NCBI GenBank assembly: GCA_003282155.1
Contig: QBZY01000003.1
Span: forward strand, 27,115 to 91,114
From: Pelagibacteraceae bacterium AG-337-I02
GTDB lineage: Bacteria; Pseudomonadota; Alphaproteobacteria; HIMB59; GCA-002718135
Length of the DNA: 64,000 nucleotides
Direction of reading: 5' to 3'
Under the pieces are notes generated by a model. The model did no database searches, was not told the origin of the DNA, and saw only the letters and a program-made list of their open reading frames with translations. Positions within the stretch are counted from its first letter, which is position 1, and the number at the start of each line of letters is the position of its first letter. Shown piece by piece: positions 10,373-18,739 of this stretch. Made by a program: the position numbers and the translations under genes.

Positions 10373-10462
10373 GGAGAGATGGCTGAGCGGTTGAAAGCAC
10401 CGGTCTTGAAAACCGGCAACGGGGCAACTCGTTCGTGAGTTCGAATCTCACTCTCTCCGCCA
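10373..10462 (+). tRNA. tRNA-Ser (anticodon UGA)
   Basis: Acceptor stem GGAGAGA/TCTCTCC. Anticodon stem CCGGT/ACCGG with loop CTTGAAA. Long variable arm. T-arm GTGAG-TTCGAAT-CTCAC. CCA is encoded. Forms a GC-rich island in AT-rich DNA. Confidence 0.9.
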
Positions 10463-10494
10463 AAATTCCTCAAAAATCTTAAAATTAATAAAAA

Positions 10495-10611
10495 TTAATT
10501 TTTATCTTCAAGTTTATCAACTCTTTTTTTTAAATCTTGAACTATAAAATAAATATATACGATTGGTCCCATTATCATAACACCAACTAAAAAAGCTAAA
10601 AATTCAAACAT
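10495..10611 (-). CDS. possible 38-aa single-pass membrane peptide (unannotated small ORF)
   Basis: My translation: MFEFLAFLVGVMIMGPIVYIYFIVQDLKKRVDKLEDKN. It has a hydrophobic helix followed by a charged tail. It is below the ORF-track cutoff and has no homology support. Confidence 0.25.
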   Translation of the reverse strand: MFEFLAFLVGVMIMGPIVYIYFIVQDLKKRVDKLEDKN

Positions 10612-10658
10612 ATAATTACTATAAATCAAAAAGAATATTTCTCAAACACATGAAAATG

Positions 10659-11756
10659 TTATTTTTTTTCAAATTTCCATAATTTATCTTGAGCTAAAAA
10701 GAAAATTTTACCACTTTCTGGATGAATTTTAATATCTCTTATTCTTCCTATTTCATTCTTAAAAATAATATCTTCTTCTACATTATCTAAATTTGAAAAA
10801 TCTAATGAGCGTAAAGATTGATCTTTTAAAGATGTTACAAGTGCTAATCCTTTAAATTCTGGAAATTCTTCTCCATCATATATTGTGATTGCACTAACAG
10901 CAATTGAAGGTACCCAGTAATGAATTGCTTTTGTATAACCTGGTAACCATTTAGGTCCTATTTTTGTATTATTATAATTTGTACCGCCCCAACCAAGTAT
11001 TTTCCATCCGTAGTTTTCTCCTTTTTTTACTTCACCAAACCAATCACCACCTTTAGCACCGTGATTACTAATGTATAATTTATTATCAAAAGAAGAGATT
11101 GCCATTCCTTGAGGATTTCTAACGCCAATTTGAAAAATTTCAGGAAGCCATAAAGGTTGATCTTTAAAATGTGGATTATCTTTTGGTACTGAACCATCTA
11201 AATTAATTCTAATAATACTTCCAGGATGTTTATCTACTTCTTGAGCAATCATTCCTTTTCCTCTTTCACCTAAAGAGGCAAATAAATAACTATCTTTAAT
11301 TACTATTCTAGAACCAAAATGATAAGGTGATCTTATTGGAGGTTCAGATCTAAATATATTATTAAAATTAAGTTTTTCTCTATTGAATTTAGCTTTTGCA
11401 ATTGACGTAGATGATGGTCCATATAATTTAAATTTACCTCTTTTCTCAGAGTAGCTAATATAAACATGATCATCGTGATATAAAATTTCTAGCAAACCAC
11501 CTTGTGAGTTTTTATCCTCAATAAAACTTAAATTATGATTTATCTCAATAATACTTCCATTGATTTGATTTAATAATTTAATTTTTCCTGTTTTTTCACT
11601 AATCAATATTTCATTTTTATTAATAAATGAAATACTCCAAGGTTGATCTAGATCTTTTTTTAATATTGATAATTTATAATCATTACTTAATGAATAAACA
11701 TTTTTATTTAATATTAAGAAAATAATTAAAATAGATAAAGATATAAATAATCTCAT
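10659..11756 (-). CDS. PQQ-dependent soluble sugar (aldose) dehydrogenase, YliI/sGDH family
   Basis: Signal peptide. Motifs GGLLEILYH, HFGSRIVI, GSIIRINLDGSVPKDNPHF and GVRNPQGMA are typical of the beta-propeller sGDH family. Confidence 0.8.
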   Translation of the reverse strand: MRLFISLSILIIFLILNKNVYSLSNDYKLSILKKDLDQPWSISFINKNEILISEKTGKIKLLNQINGSIIEINHNLSFIEDKNSQGGLLEILYHDDHVYISYSEKRGKFKLYGPSSTSIAKAKFNREKLNFNNIFRSEPPIRSPYHFGSRIVIKDSYLFASLGERGKGMIAQEVDKHPGSIIRINLDGSVPKDNPHFKDQPLWLPEIFQIGVRNPQGMAISSFDNKLYISNHGAKGGDWFGEVKKGENYGWKILGWGGTNYNNTKIGPKWLPGYTKAIHYWVPSIAVSAITIYDGEEFPEFKGLALVTSLKDQSLRSLDFSNLDNVEEDIIFKNEIGRIRDIKIHPESGKIFFLAQDKLWKFEKK

Positions 11757-14700
11757 TTTATTAATTTAATAATTTTTTTTGATAATTCAAATCTATCACC
11801 AATTAAATTACCACCAAAATCATAAAATATTTTTTGATCCGGTCTTAATATTAGAGAATTTTTATTAGATAATGAAAGTTGTAATAATTTTTCTGGATTT
11901 TTTGGTTTATTTTGAAAAAAACTAATTAAAATACCTTTTCTACTGAACTCAAATTTTTCAATATTATTTTTTAAACAAATGATTTTAATTTCTACTAATT
12001 TTAATAAATTAATTAATTGAATAGGTAATTTGCCAAATCTGTCTATTAATTCTATTTTTATATCTACAATTTCTTTATTATTATTTATATTTGAGATTCT
12101 TTTATAAATGGATAATCTTAGATCAACATCATTTATAAAATCTTCAGGTATATAAATTTCGACAGGGATTTTTATAATTGGCTGAAAACGATCTTTTTTT
12201 ACAAAGTTAGAATTAATTTTACTTTTTTGTAAATTTATCTCTTCTTCAAGCATTTGATGGTAAAGCTCAGTTCCAATTTCTTTGATAAAACCACTTTGCT
12301 CTTCACCTATGATAGAACCACCTCCTCGCAGATCTAAGTCTTGAGATGCAATGTTAAAACCTGCCCCAAGATGATCAGAAGAATTAATAATAGATAATCT
12401 TTTTCTACCATTAACTTTTAATTCATTTTCTTTGTATGTAATGTACGCATATCCACGTTTAGAAGATCTACCTACCCTCCCTTTCAATTGATATAAAGCA
12501 GCTAAAGAGAAAATATTGGATCGGTAAACTATAATTGTATTTACATGAGGTAAATCCAAACCATTTTCAATAATATTTGTACTTAGCATTAAAGGGACTT
12601 CTTGATTATAGAATTTTGATATTCTACTTTCTAATAATTTAGGACTAAGTTGACCGTGAGTAATTACATATTTTATTTCTGGTAAATTATCATTTAAAAA
12701 TTGTTCGACAAAAGGTAAATCTTTTTTTCTTGGGACAACAAAGTAAACACCATTTTTTCTTCCAAATATCTCTCTTTTTATAGCTTCTGTAATGGTCAAA
12801 GAATCAAAAGGTGAAACATAAGTCCTCACTGCCATTCTTTCAAATGGTGCTGTAAGTATTATACTAAGATCTCTTATCCCTGACAGAGACATACTTAAAG
12901 TTCTTGGAATAGGTGTTGCACTTAATGAGATACAATGCGCTTTTGGAGCTATTTCTTTAAATTTTTCTTTTTGAATTGTTCCTAGTTTTTGCTCTTCATC
13001 GTAAATAATAAGACCAAGTCTGCTAAATTTTAACTTATCATTTAATAAAGCATGAGTACCAACTAATACATCTATATTACCATTATTGCATTTTTCAAAA
13101 ATTTCTTTTTTATCTTTTAAAGATACTAATCTAGAAATTTGTGCAATGTTAATACCAAATATAGATAATCTTTTTTTGAAATTAATAAAATGCTGTCTAG
13201 ATAAAATTGTAGTTGGAACTAAAACCACAGATTGTAAATTTGATTTTGCAGCAAGAAAAATAGCTCTCAAAATTACTTCTGTTTTACCAAATGCTACATC
13301 TCCTACAATTAATCTATCAGATGGTATCATTTTAGAAAAATCATTAATCACATCTTGAATTGCACTCAATTGATCATCAGTTTCAACATATGGGAAAGTA
13401 CTAACAAATTTATCGTATTCAGGGATATTTATATTAATTTCATAAGATTGAGATTGAAGTCTCTTAGAAGCTATTGAGATGAGTTTTTTTGCAGCATCCC
13501 TAATTTTCTTTTTTGCTTCTGCTTTTCTTTTTTGCCAATGCGAAGCACCGAGTTTATCTAAAATAATATTTCCATCAGTATCATCACTGTATTTTGATAC
13601 ATAACTTAAATTTTCAACTGGTAAAAAAAGTTTTTGATTTTCAAAAAATTCTAGTTCTAAACACTCATGAATTGAGTCATTTAATTCAATTTTTCTTATA
13701 TTATTAAACTTACAAAGGCCATACTCAGAATGAACCAGAATAGAATCAATTGATAACTTATTTAATTCTTCAAAAAATATAGTTTGTTTACGTGATTTAG
13801 ATATTTGTGTATTAAAAAAATAACCAAATAAGGATTTTTCATTAATAAAAATATATTTATTAAATTTTAGTGACTCCTCAATATCAAGAATTGTTAAAAA
13901 AATATTATCTGAAAGCAAATGATTAAAGTTTGTTACATTATTTAAATTTAAGTTTAAATTATTTTGTAATATTTTAGATACTCTCTCTAAACTTCCTTTA
14001 CTACGACAACATATATAAATTATATTATCTTTAGAATTTGTTGTAAAAAATTGATTTATAAAACTAAAATCTATTTCTTTTTTAATAGATGATAAATTAT
14101 GAATAATATTCACATCTATATTAATATGGTTATTTTTATCAAAAGTATTAAAGTAAAAATGCTCATTATTATCTAAATATTTTTTAAAATTTTCTCTATT
14201 CAGGTAAAAATATTCAGGTGATAGAAAGAAACTTTCTTTGTTATTTTTTCTTGCTAAATAAAAATCATTAATATTTTCTAATCTATTTTCAAATAAATTT
14301 TTAAAATCGTCGTTTAATAATATTGTGTATTCATCAATATAATCAAACAATGTTTCAACATTATTGTAAAATAAAGGCAAAAATTGTTCACCACCAGATG
14401 GAATAATTTTGTCAGAAAAGATTTTGTAAACTTGACTATTCCTATAGTCTGAAAATATTTCTCTAAAATTTTTTCTAAATAGATTTAAATTATATTCATT
14501 AAGTATTAATTCATTAATAATGTTAAACTCTAAATCACAATTAATTTCTTTTAATCTTTTTTGAGTAATTGGATCAAATTCAAAAATCGTCTCTATTTCT
14601 TCATCAAAAAAATCTATTCTTATTGGTTTAGATCTATCATTTGGAAAAATATCTAAAATTGATCCTCTTACAGAAAATTCTGATTTATCACGCACTAGAG

Positions 14701-15130
14701 AAGTTCTTTGGAAGCCTAAAAGCACCAGGTTATTTATAAGATCTTCAAATTTAAATTTTTTATTTTTTGAAATTTTAAAAAGTTGTGAATTAATAATTGA
14801 TTTAGGAATTATTTTTTGAGTTATTGAATTAATTGTAGTTAGTATTATTCTTTTTGAATTGGAATTTGATAAATTTTTAAGTGTTTTTAATCTTTCGATT
14901 TGAACTTCTTTTGAAGGAGAGACATTATCATAGGGTATTTGATCCCAAGATTTAAATAATAAAATCTCAACATCTGGTAATAACCATTTAATTTTTTGTT
15001 CCATGGATGATATTTCTCTCTCATCCTTTCCAATGTATAAAATTGATTTATTAGAATTTTGATAGAACTGCGAAATGAAAAAGGGTTCAACATTGTGTAT
15101 TGATGGACCGATTGTATTTTTATTCTTCAT
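11753..15130 (-). CDS. mfd: transcription-repair coupling factor
   Basis: 1125 aa. SF2 helicase motifs GDVAFGKTEV and DEEQKLG. UvrB-homology N-terminal region and a C-terminal TRG-type region. Confidence 0.95.
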   Translation of the reverse strand: MKNKNTIGPSIHNVEPFFISQFYQNSNKSILYIGKDEREISSMEQKIKWLLPDVEILLFKSWDQIPYDNVSPSKEVQIERLKTLKNLSNSNSKRIILTTINSITQKIIPKSIINSQLFKISKNKKFKFEDLINNLVLLGFQRTSLVRDKSEFSVRGSILDIFPNDRSKPIRIDFFDEEIETIFEFDPITQKRLKEINCDLEFNIINELILNEYNLNLFRKNFREIFSDYRNSQVYKIFSDKIIPSGGEQFLPLFYNNVETLFDYIDEYTILLNDDFKNLFENRLENINDFYLARKNNKESFFLSPEYFYLNRENFKKYLDNNEHFYFNTFDKNNHINIDVNIIHNLSSIKKEIDFSFINQFFTTNSKDNIIYICCRSKGSLERVSKILQNNLNLNLNNVTNFNHLLSDNIFLTILDIEESLKFNKYIFINEKSLFGYFFNTQISKSRKQTIFFEELNKLSIDSILVHSEYGLCKFNNIRKIELNDSIHECLELEFFENQKLFLPVENLSYVSKYSDDTDGNIILDKLGASHWQKRKAEAKKKIRDAAKKLISIASKRLQSQSYEININIPEYDKFVSTFPYVETDDQLSAIQDVINDFSKMIPSDRLIVGDVAFGKTEVILRAIFLAAKSNLQSVVLVPTTILSRQHFINFKKRLSIFGINIAQISRLVSLKDKKEIFEKCNNGNIDVLVGTHALLNDKLKFSRLGLIIYDEEQKLGTIQKEKFKEIAPKAHCISLSATPIPRTLSMSLSGIRDLSIILTAPFERMAVRTYVSPFDSLTITEAIKREIFGRKNGVYFVVPRKKDLPFVEQFLNDNLPEIKYVITHGQLSPKLLESRISKFYNQEVPLMLSTNIIENGLDLPHVNTIIVYRSNIFSLAALYQLKGRVGRSSKRGYAYITYKENELKVNGRKRLSIINSSDHLGAGFNIASQDLDLRGGGSIIGEEQSGFIKEIGTELYHQMLEEEINLQKSKINSNFVKKDRFQPIIKIPVEIYIPEDFINDVDLRLSIYKRISNINNNKEIVDIKIELIDRFGKLPIQLINLLKLVEIKIICLKNNIEKFEFSRKGILISFFQNKPKNPEKLLQLSLSNKNSLILRPDQKIFYDFGGNLIGDRFELSKKIIKLIK

Positions 15131-15368
15131 TAAGTATTTTATTAAATATTCCCTTAAATTTTAATGGAATAGCTACCTTAGAAGTGAGCAAATCATAAAT
15201 CTCATTATCGGAGAATTGATTAAATATCGATTTAATATCCTCAAGATCTTTTTCGCTAAATTTATCTAACTGATTTATAAAATATCTTTTGTATAAAATA
15301 TCTGTCTCTTTTGTGCCAGAGTAAGAAACCCTATATTTTACAGTTTTTTTAAGTGAATTGAATGACAT
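15120..15368 (-). CDS. sdhE: succinate dehydrogenase FAD assembly factor SdhE (SDHAF2/DUF339 family)
   Basis: 82 aa. YSGTKETDIL aligns with the RGxxE(L/T)D motif region. Conserved position immediately upstream of mfd and divergent from recG in Alphaproteobacteria. Confidence 0.65.
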   Translation of the reverse strand: MSFNSLKKTVKYRVSYSGTKETDILYKRYFINQLDKFSEKDLEDIKSIFNQFSDNEIYDLLTSKVAIPLKFKGIFNKILNEE

Positions 15369-15411
15369 ATAAATTGAATATAGAATATAGTTTATAATTT
15401 TATAAAAATCT

Positions 15412-17493
15412 ATGAGACCAGAAAAATTAAATTACATATTATCATCAATATCTTCTCTCAAAGGAGTTGGTCCAAAGTTAGAACAAATTATTAATAAATT
15501 AGGTATATATAAGAATATTCATTTTGTTTGGAACATACCAAATAACATTCTTGAAAGAAAATTCTATGAAAATATTCATGATGCTGAAATTAATTCTTTA
15601 GTAACATTAAATTTAAAAATAATTAAACATGAGCCTTCAAGGTTTAAAAGACAGCCATACAAAATTAAATGTATCTGTGGAGATACAAATATTGATTTAG
15701 TATATTTTAATGCAAGACATCCTATGTTGAGACAAATGCTTCCAACAAATGAAAATAGATTAATATCTGGAAAATTAGAATATTTTAGAAACACATTTCA
15801 AATAACGCACCCTAGTCATGTAAGTGCTTTAAACAATAATAAAATAATCAAAAGTAAAGAGGCAGTTTACAGTTTAACTAGTGGTCTCAATCAAAAAATA
15901 ATGAATAAATTAACCGATCAAATATTAAATAATTTACCAAATTTTAATGAATGGATAGAAACTTCAATATTAAATAAATATAAATTTAAACAATGGAATG
16001 AAGTAGTTAAAAATCTTCATAATCCAGGTGATAATAATATAAAAAATAAAAATTTGCTCAGAAGAAGACTCGCATTTGATGAATTATTATCTCATCAATT
16101 AGCTATAGGAATTATGAGAAATTTTAATCAAAAGAAAAAAGGTCTTAAAATTACTAGTGAAAATAAAACATTAAATAAATTTTATATTAATTTAGATTTT
16201 CAACTCACAAATTCACAAAATAATGTAATCAAAGAAATACTTCAGGACCTAGAAAGTTCTAATCAAATGATCAGATTGTTGCAAGGAGATGTTGGGTCAG
16301 GAAAAACTATTGTAGCTTTAATATCAATGATAAAGGTATTTGAAAGTAATTTTCAATCTGCTTTAATGGTGCCTACTACAATTCTTGCATTTCAGCATTA
16401 TGAAAATATTCTCAATTTATTAAAAGATTCAAAAATAAATGTGCTTGTTCTTACAGGAAAGGATAAGGGCAAGGAAAGGAAAGAAAAATTAGATGAAATT
16501 GCAAAGGGAAAAGCAGATATTATAATTGGGACACATGCTTTAATACAAGATACCGTAAAATTTAATAATTTAGGTTTAGCAGTTATTGATGAACAGCATA
16601 GATTTGGAGTTTATCAAAGAATGGTATTTAACCATAAAAATCATAAACCAAATATTTTAGTTATGAGTGCGACTCCCATTCCAAGAACATTAACTTTAGC
16701 AGCATATGGAGATATGAAAGAAAGTAAATTAATTGAAAAACCTTTAGGTCGTAAACCAATTATAACTAGCTCTTTGTCATTAAAAAAAGAAAATCAACTT
16801 ATTGATAGAATAAAAGAAAAAATAAAAAATTCATCATCCAAATTTTACTGGGTATGCCCTTTAATAGAGGAATCTGAAGAGTTAGATCTAAAAGCTGCAG
16901 AAGAAAGATACAAAATTTTAAAAAAATATTTTAAAAATAAAGTTCTTTTAATGCATGGACGTTTAAGTGAAATAGAAAAAGAAGAAATAATGACAAAGTT
17001 TAAAAATGAGGATTATAAAATTTTAGTTTCAACAACTGTTATTGAAGTTGGTGTAGATATTCCTTCTGCAACAACAATTGTAATTGAACATGCAGAAAGA
17101 TTCGGTTTAGCTCAACTTCATCAATTGAGAGGTCGTGTTGGTAGAAATGACATTCAATCATATTGTATACTTTTACATAAAGATAATATTGGGGAAATTT
17201 CGAAACAAAGAATTGATATAATGAAGCAAACAAATGATGGTTTTAGAATCGCTGAAGAGGATCTAAAAATAAGAGGTCCAGGAGAAATTTTAGGAAAAAA
17301 ACAATCTGGCAGCCCATCTTTTTATGTAGCTGATCTTAGTTGTGATTACGATCTATTAGAAGATGCTAAAATTATGGTAGAAGATATATTATCTAAAAAT
17401 CCAAAATTGGAAAACATAGAAGGAGAAAATCTTCGCAACTTATTGTATCTTCAAGAAAGAGATGCAGCAATTTTAACACTTACTGCGGGATAA
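15412..17493 (+). CDS. recG: ATP-dependent DNA helicase RecG
   Basis: 693 aa. Wedge-domain N-terminus and helicase motifs GDVGSGKT, DEQHRFG, QLRGRVGR. Confidence 0.95.
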   Translation: MRPEKLNYILSSISSLKGVGPKLEQIINKLGIYKNIHFVWNIPNNILERKFYENIHDAEINSLVTLNLKIIKHEPSRFKRQPYKIKCICGDTNIDLVYFNARHPMLRQMLPTNENRLISGKLEYFRNTFQITHPSHVSALNNNKIIKSKEAVYSLTSGLNQKIMNKLTDQILNNLPNFNEWIETSILNKYKFKQWNEVVKNLHNPGDNNIKNKNLLRRRLAFDELLSHQLAIGIMRNFNQKKKGLKITSENKTLNKFYINLDFQLTNSQNNVIKEILQDLESSNQMIRLLQGDVGSGKTIVALISMIKVFESNFQSALMVPTTILAFQHYENILNLLKDSKINVLVLTGKDKGKERKEKLDEIAKGKADIIIGTHALIQDTVKFNNLGLAVIDEQHRFGVYQRMVFNHKNHKPNILVMSATPIPRTLTLAAYGDMKESKLIEKPLGRKPIITSSLSLKKENQLIDRIKEKIKNSSSKFYWVCPLIEESEELDLKAAEERYKILKKYFKNKVLLMHGRLSEIEKEEIMTKFKNEDYKILVSTTVIEVGVDIPSATTIVIEHAERFGLAQLHQLRGRVGRNDIQSYCILLHKDNIGEISKQRIDIMKQTNDGFRIAEEDLKIRGPGEILGKKQSGSPSFYVADLSCDYDLLEDAKIMVEDILSKNPKLENIEGENLRNLLYLQERDAAILTLTAG

Positions 17494-17498
17494 TAGTT

Positions 17499-17936
17499 AT
17501 GGATATAGAAAAAGGTATTAGATTTGAATGCCAAAGTTCTGGAAATTGTTGTGTTTCAAGAGGTGCCTATGGTTTTGTTTATTTAAGTAAGAAAGATATT
17601 AAAAAATTGTCAGATGGATTTAAAATAACAGAACAAAAATTTGTAAAAAACTATTGTCAAAAAACTGATGGTTTTATTCACTTAAAGGAACTAAAAAAAA
17701 ATAATGGAAATTGCATATTTTTGAAAGATAACAAATGCACTGTTTATAAATCGAGACCTATACAATGTAGAACTTGGCCTTTTTGGCCTGAAAATATGAA
17801 TACAAAAACTTGGAATAACGATATTGCTAAAAATTGCCCTGGTGTAGGTAAAGGTAAAGTAAGAACAAAGAAAGAAATTTTAAAGCAAGTAAAAATTGAT
17901 CATGAAAACGAATTAAATATTAAGAATAAAAATTAA
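17499..17936 (+). CDS. YkgJ-family cysteine-cluster protein (UPF0153, putative Fe-S/zinc protein)
   Basis: N-terminal CQSSGNCC cluster. Second cluster CIFLKDNKCTVYKSRPIQCRTWPFWP. Confidence 0.7.
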   Translation: MDIEKGIRFECQSSGNCCVSRGAYGFVYLSKKDIKKLSDGFKITEQKFVKNYCQKTDGFIHLKELKKNNGNCIFLKDNKCTVYKSRPIQCRTWPFWPENMNTKTWNNDIAKNCPGVGKGKVRTKKEILKQVKIDHENELNIKNKN

Positions 17937-18115
17937 CCGTCAGATTCAAATTCCATTTCTTTAAAATATCCAATATATTTATTAGTTTTTTTCTTGAGTA
18001 AAATCTTTATTGTTGTTCCCTCAAGAACTACTTCAAGGATGTTATCATTTATTCTTAAAATATCACAATTTTTCTCAATACCGGATGAAATATTTTTAAT
18101 TTTTACTTTCTTCAT
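17933..18115 (-). CDS. hypothetical 60-aa protein
   Basis: ATG-initiated ORF starting 6 nt downstream of the tRNA-Lys 3' end on the same strand. I recognise no motif. Its stop shares a TTAA with the stop of the convergent ykgJ-like gene. Confidence 0.35.
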   Translation of the reverse strand: MKKVKIKNISSGIEKNCDILRINDNILEVVLEGTTIKILLKKKTNKYIGYFKEMEFESDG

Positions 18116-18121
18116 TTTGGA

Positions 18122-18197
<76 letters not shown>

Positions 18198-18247
18198 ATC
18201 AAATTTGTATTCTATATAGTTCAAATATTGTAAGCGCAAGTGATTAA

Positions 18248-18739
18248 CTAAGAGTTTTTTTTATTAAGTTGTTCTAAAGTATTTTTAGAAACAAAATTTG
18301 AAACATCTCCACCTAGTTTATGGACTTCTTTGACAAAATTAGATGAAATGAATGAGTTTTTTTCAGAAGTCATAAGAAATATTGTCTCAATATCGGGATT
18401 AAGTTGGTAGTTCATACCTGTCATTTGAAATTCATACTCAAAATCGGATACTGCTCTTAAGCCCCGTATTATACATGTGGCATTTTGATCTTTAGCAAAT
18501 GTTGTAAGTAATCCTGATAATTCAATAACATCAATTTTCAAATTTAATTCATTTACAGAACTGATATCACTTTTAATAATATTTATTCTTTCTTGAACAT
18601 TAAATAATGAGTGCTTATTAATATTATTAGCGACAGCTATTACTAAATTATCTACTATTCTTAATGATCTTTTAATTATGTCCATATGACCAGCAGTCAT
18701 AGGGTCAAATGTGCCTGGATATATTCCAATTTTATTCAT
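18248..18739 (-). CDS. coaD: pantetheine-phosphate adenylyltransferase
   Basis: [16 protein letters not shown] motif. The track ORF extends to 18784. The ATG at 18737-18739 ([13 protein letters not shown]) gives the canonical N-terminus and avoids overlap with gyrA. The ATG at 18748 is an alternative. Confidence 0.9.
   Translation of the reverse strand: MNKIGIYPGTFDPMTAGHMDIIKRSLRIVDNLVIAVANNINKHSLFNVQERINIIKSDISSVNELNLKIDVIELSGLLTTFAKDQNATCIIRGLRAVSDFEYEFQMTGMNYQLNPDIETIFLMTSEKNSFISSNFVKEVHKLGGDVSNFVSKNTLEQLNKKNS

Noticed and set aside
10481-10502. Perfect 9-bp inverted repeat (aaaattaat-aaaa-attaatttt) after tRNA-Ser as an intrinsic terminator.
   Set aside because: The stem is made only of A-T pairs, so it is thermodynamically weak. 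Such palindromes are common by chance in AT-rich DNA. It also overlaps the stop of the candidate small ORF.
10463-10658. tRNA-Ser 3' flank as an integration site for a mobile element.
   Set aside because: There is no integrase, no duplicated tRNA 3' fragment and no foreign-looking gene. The next gene is a conserved periplasmic dehydrogenase.
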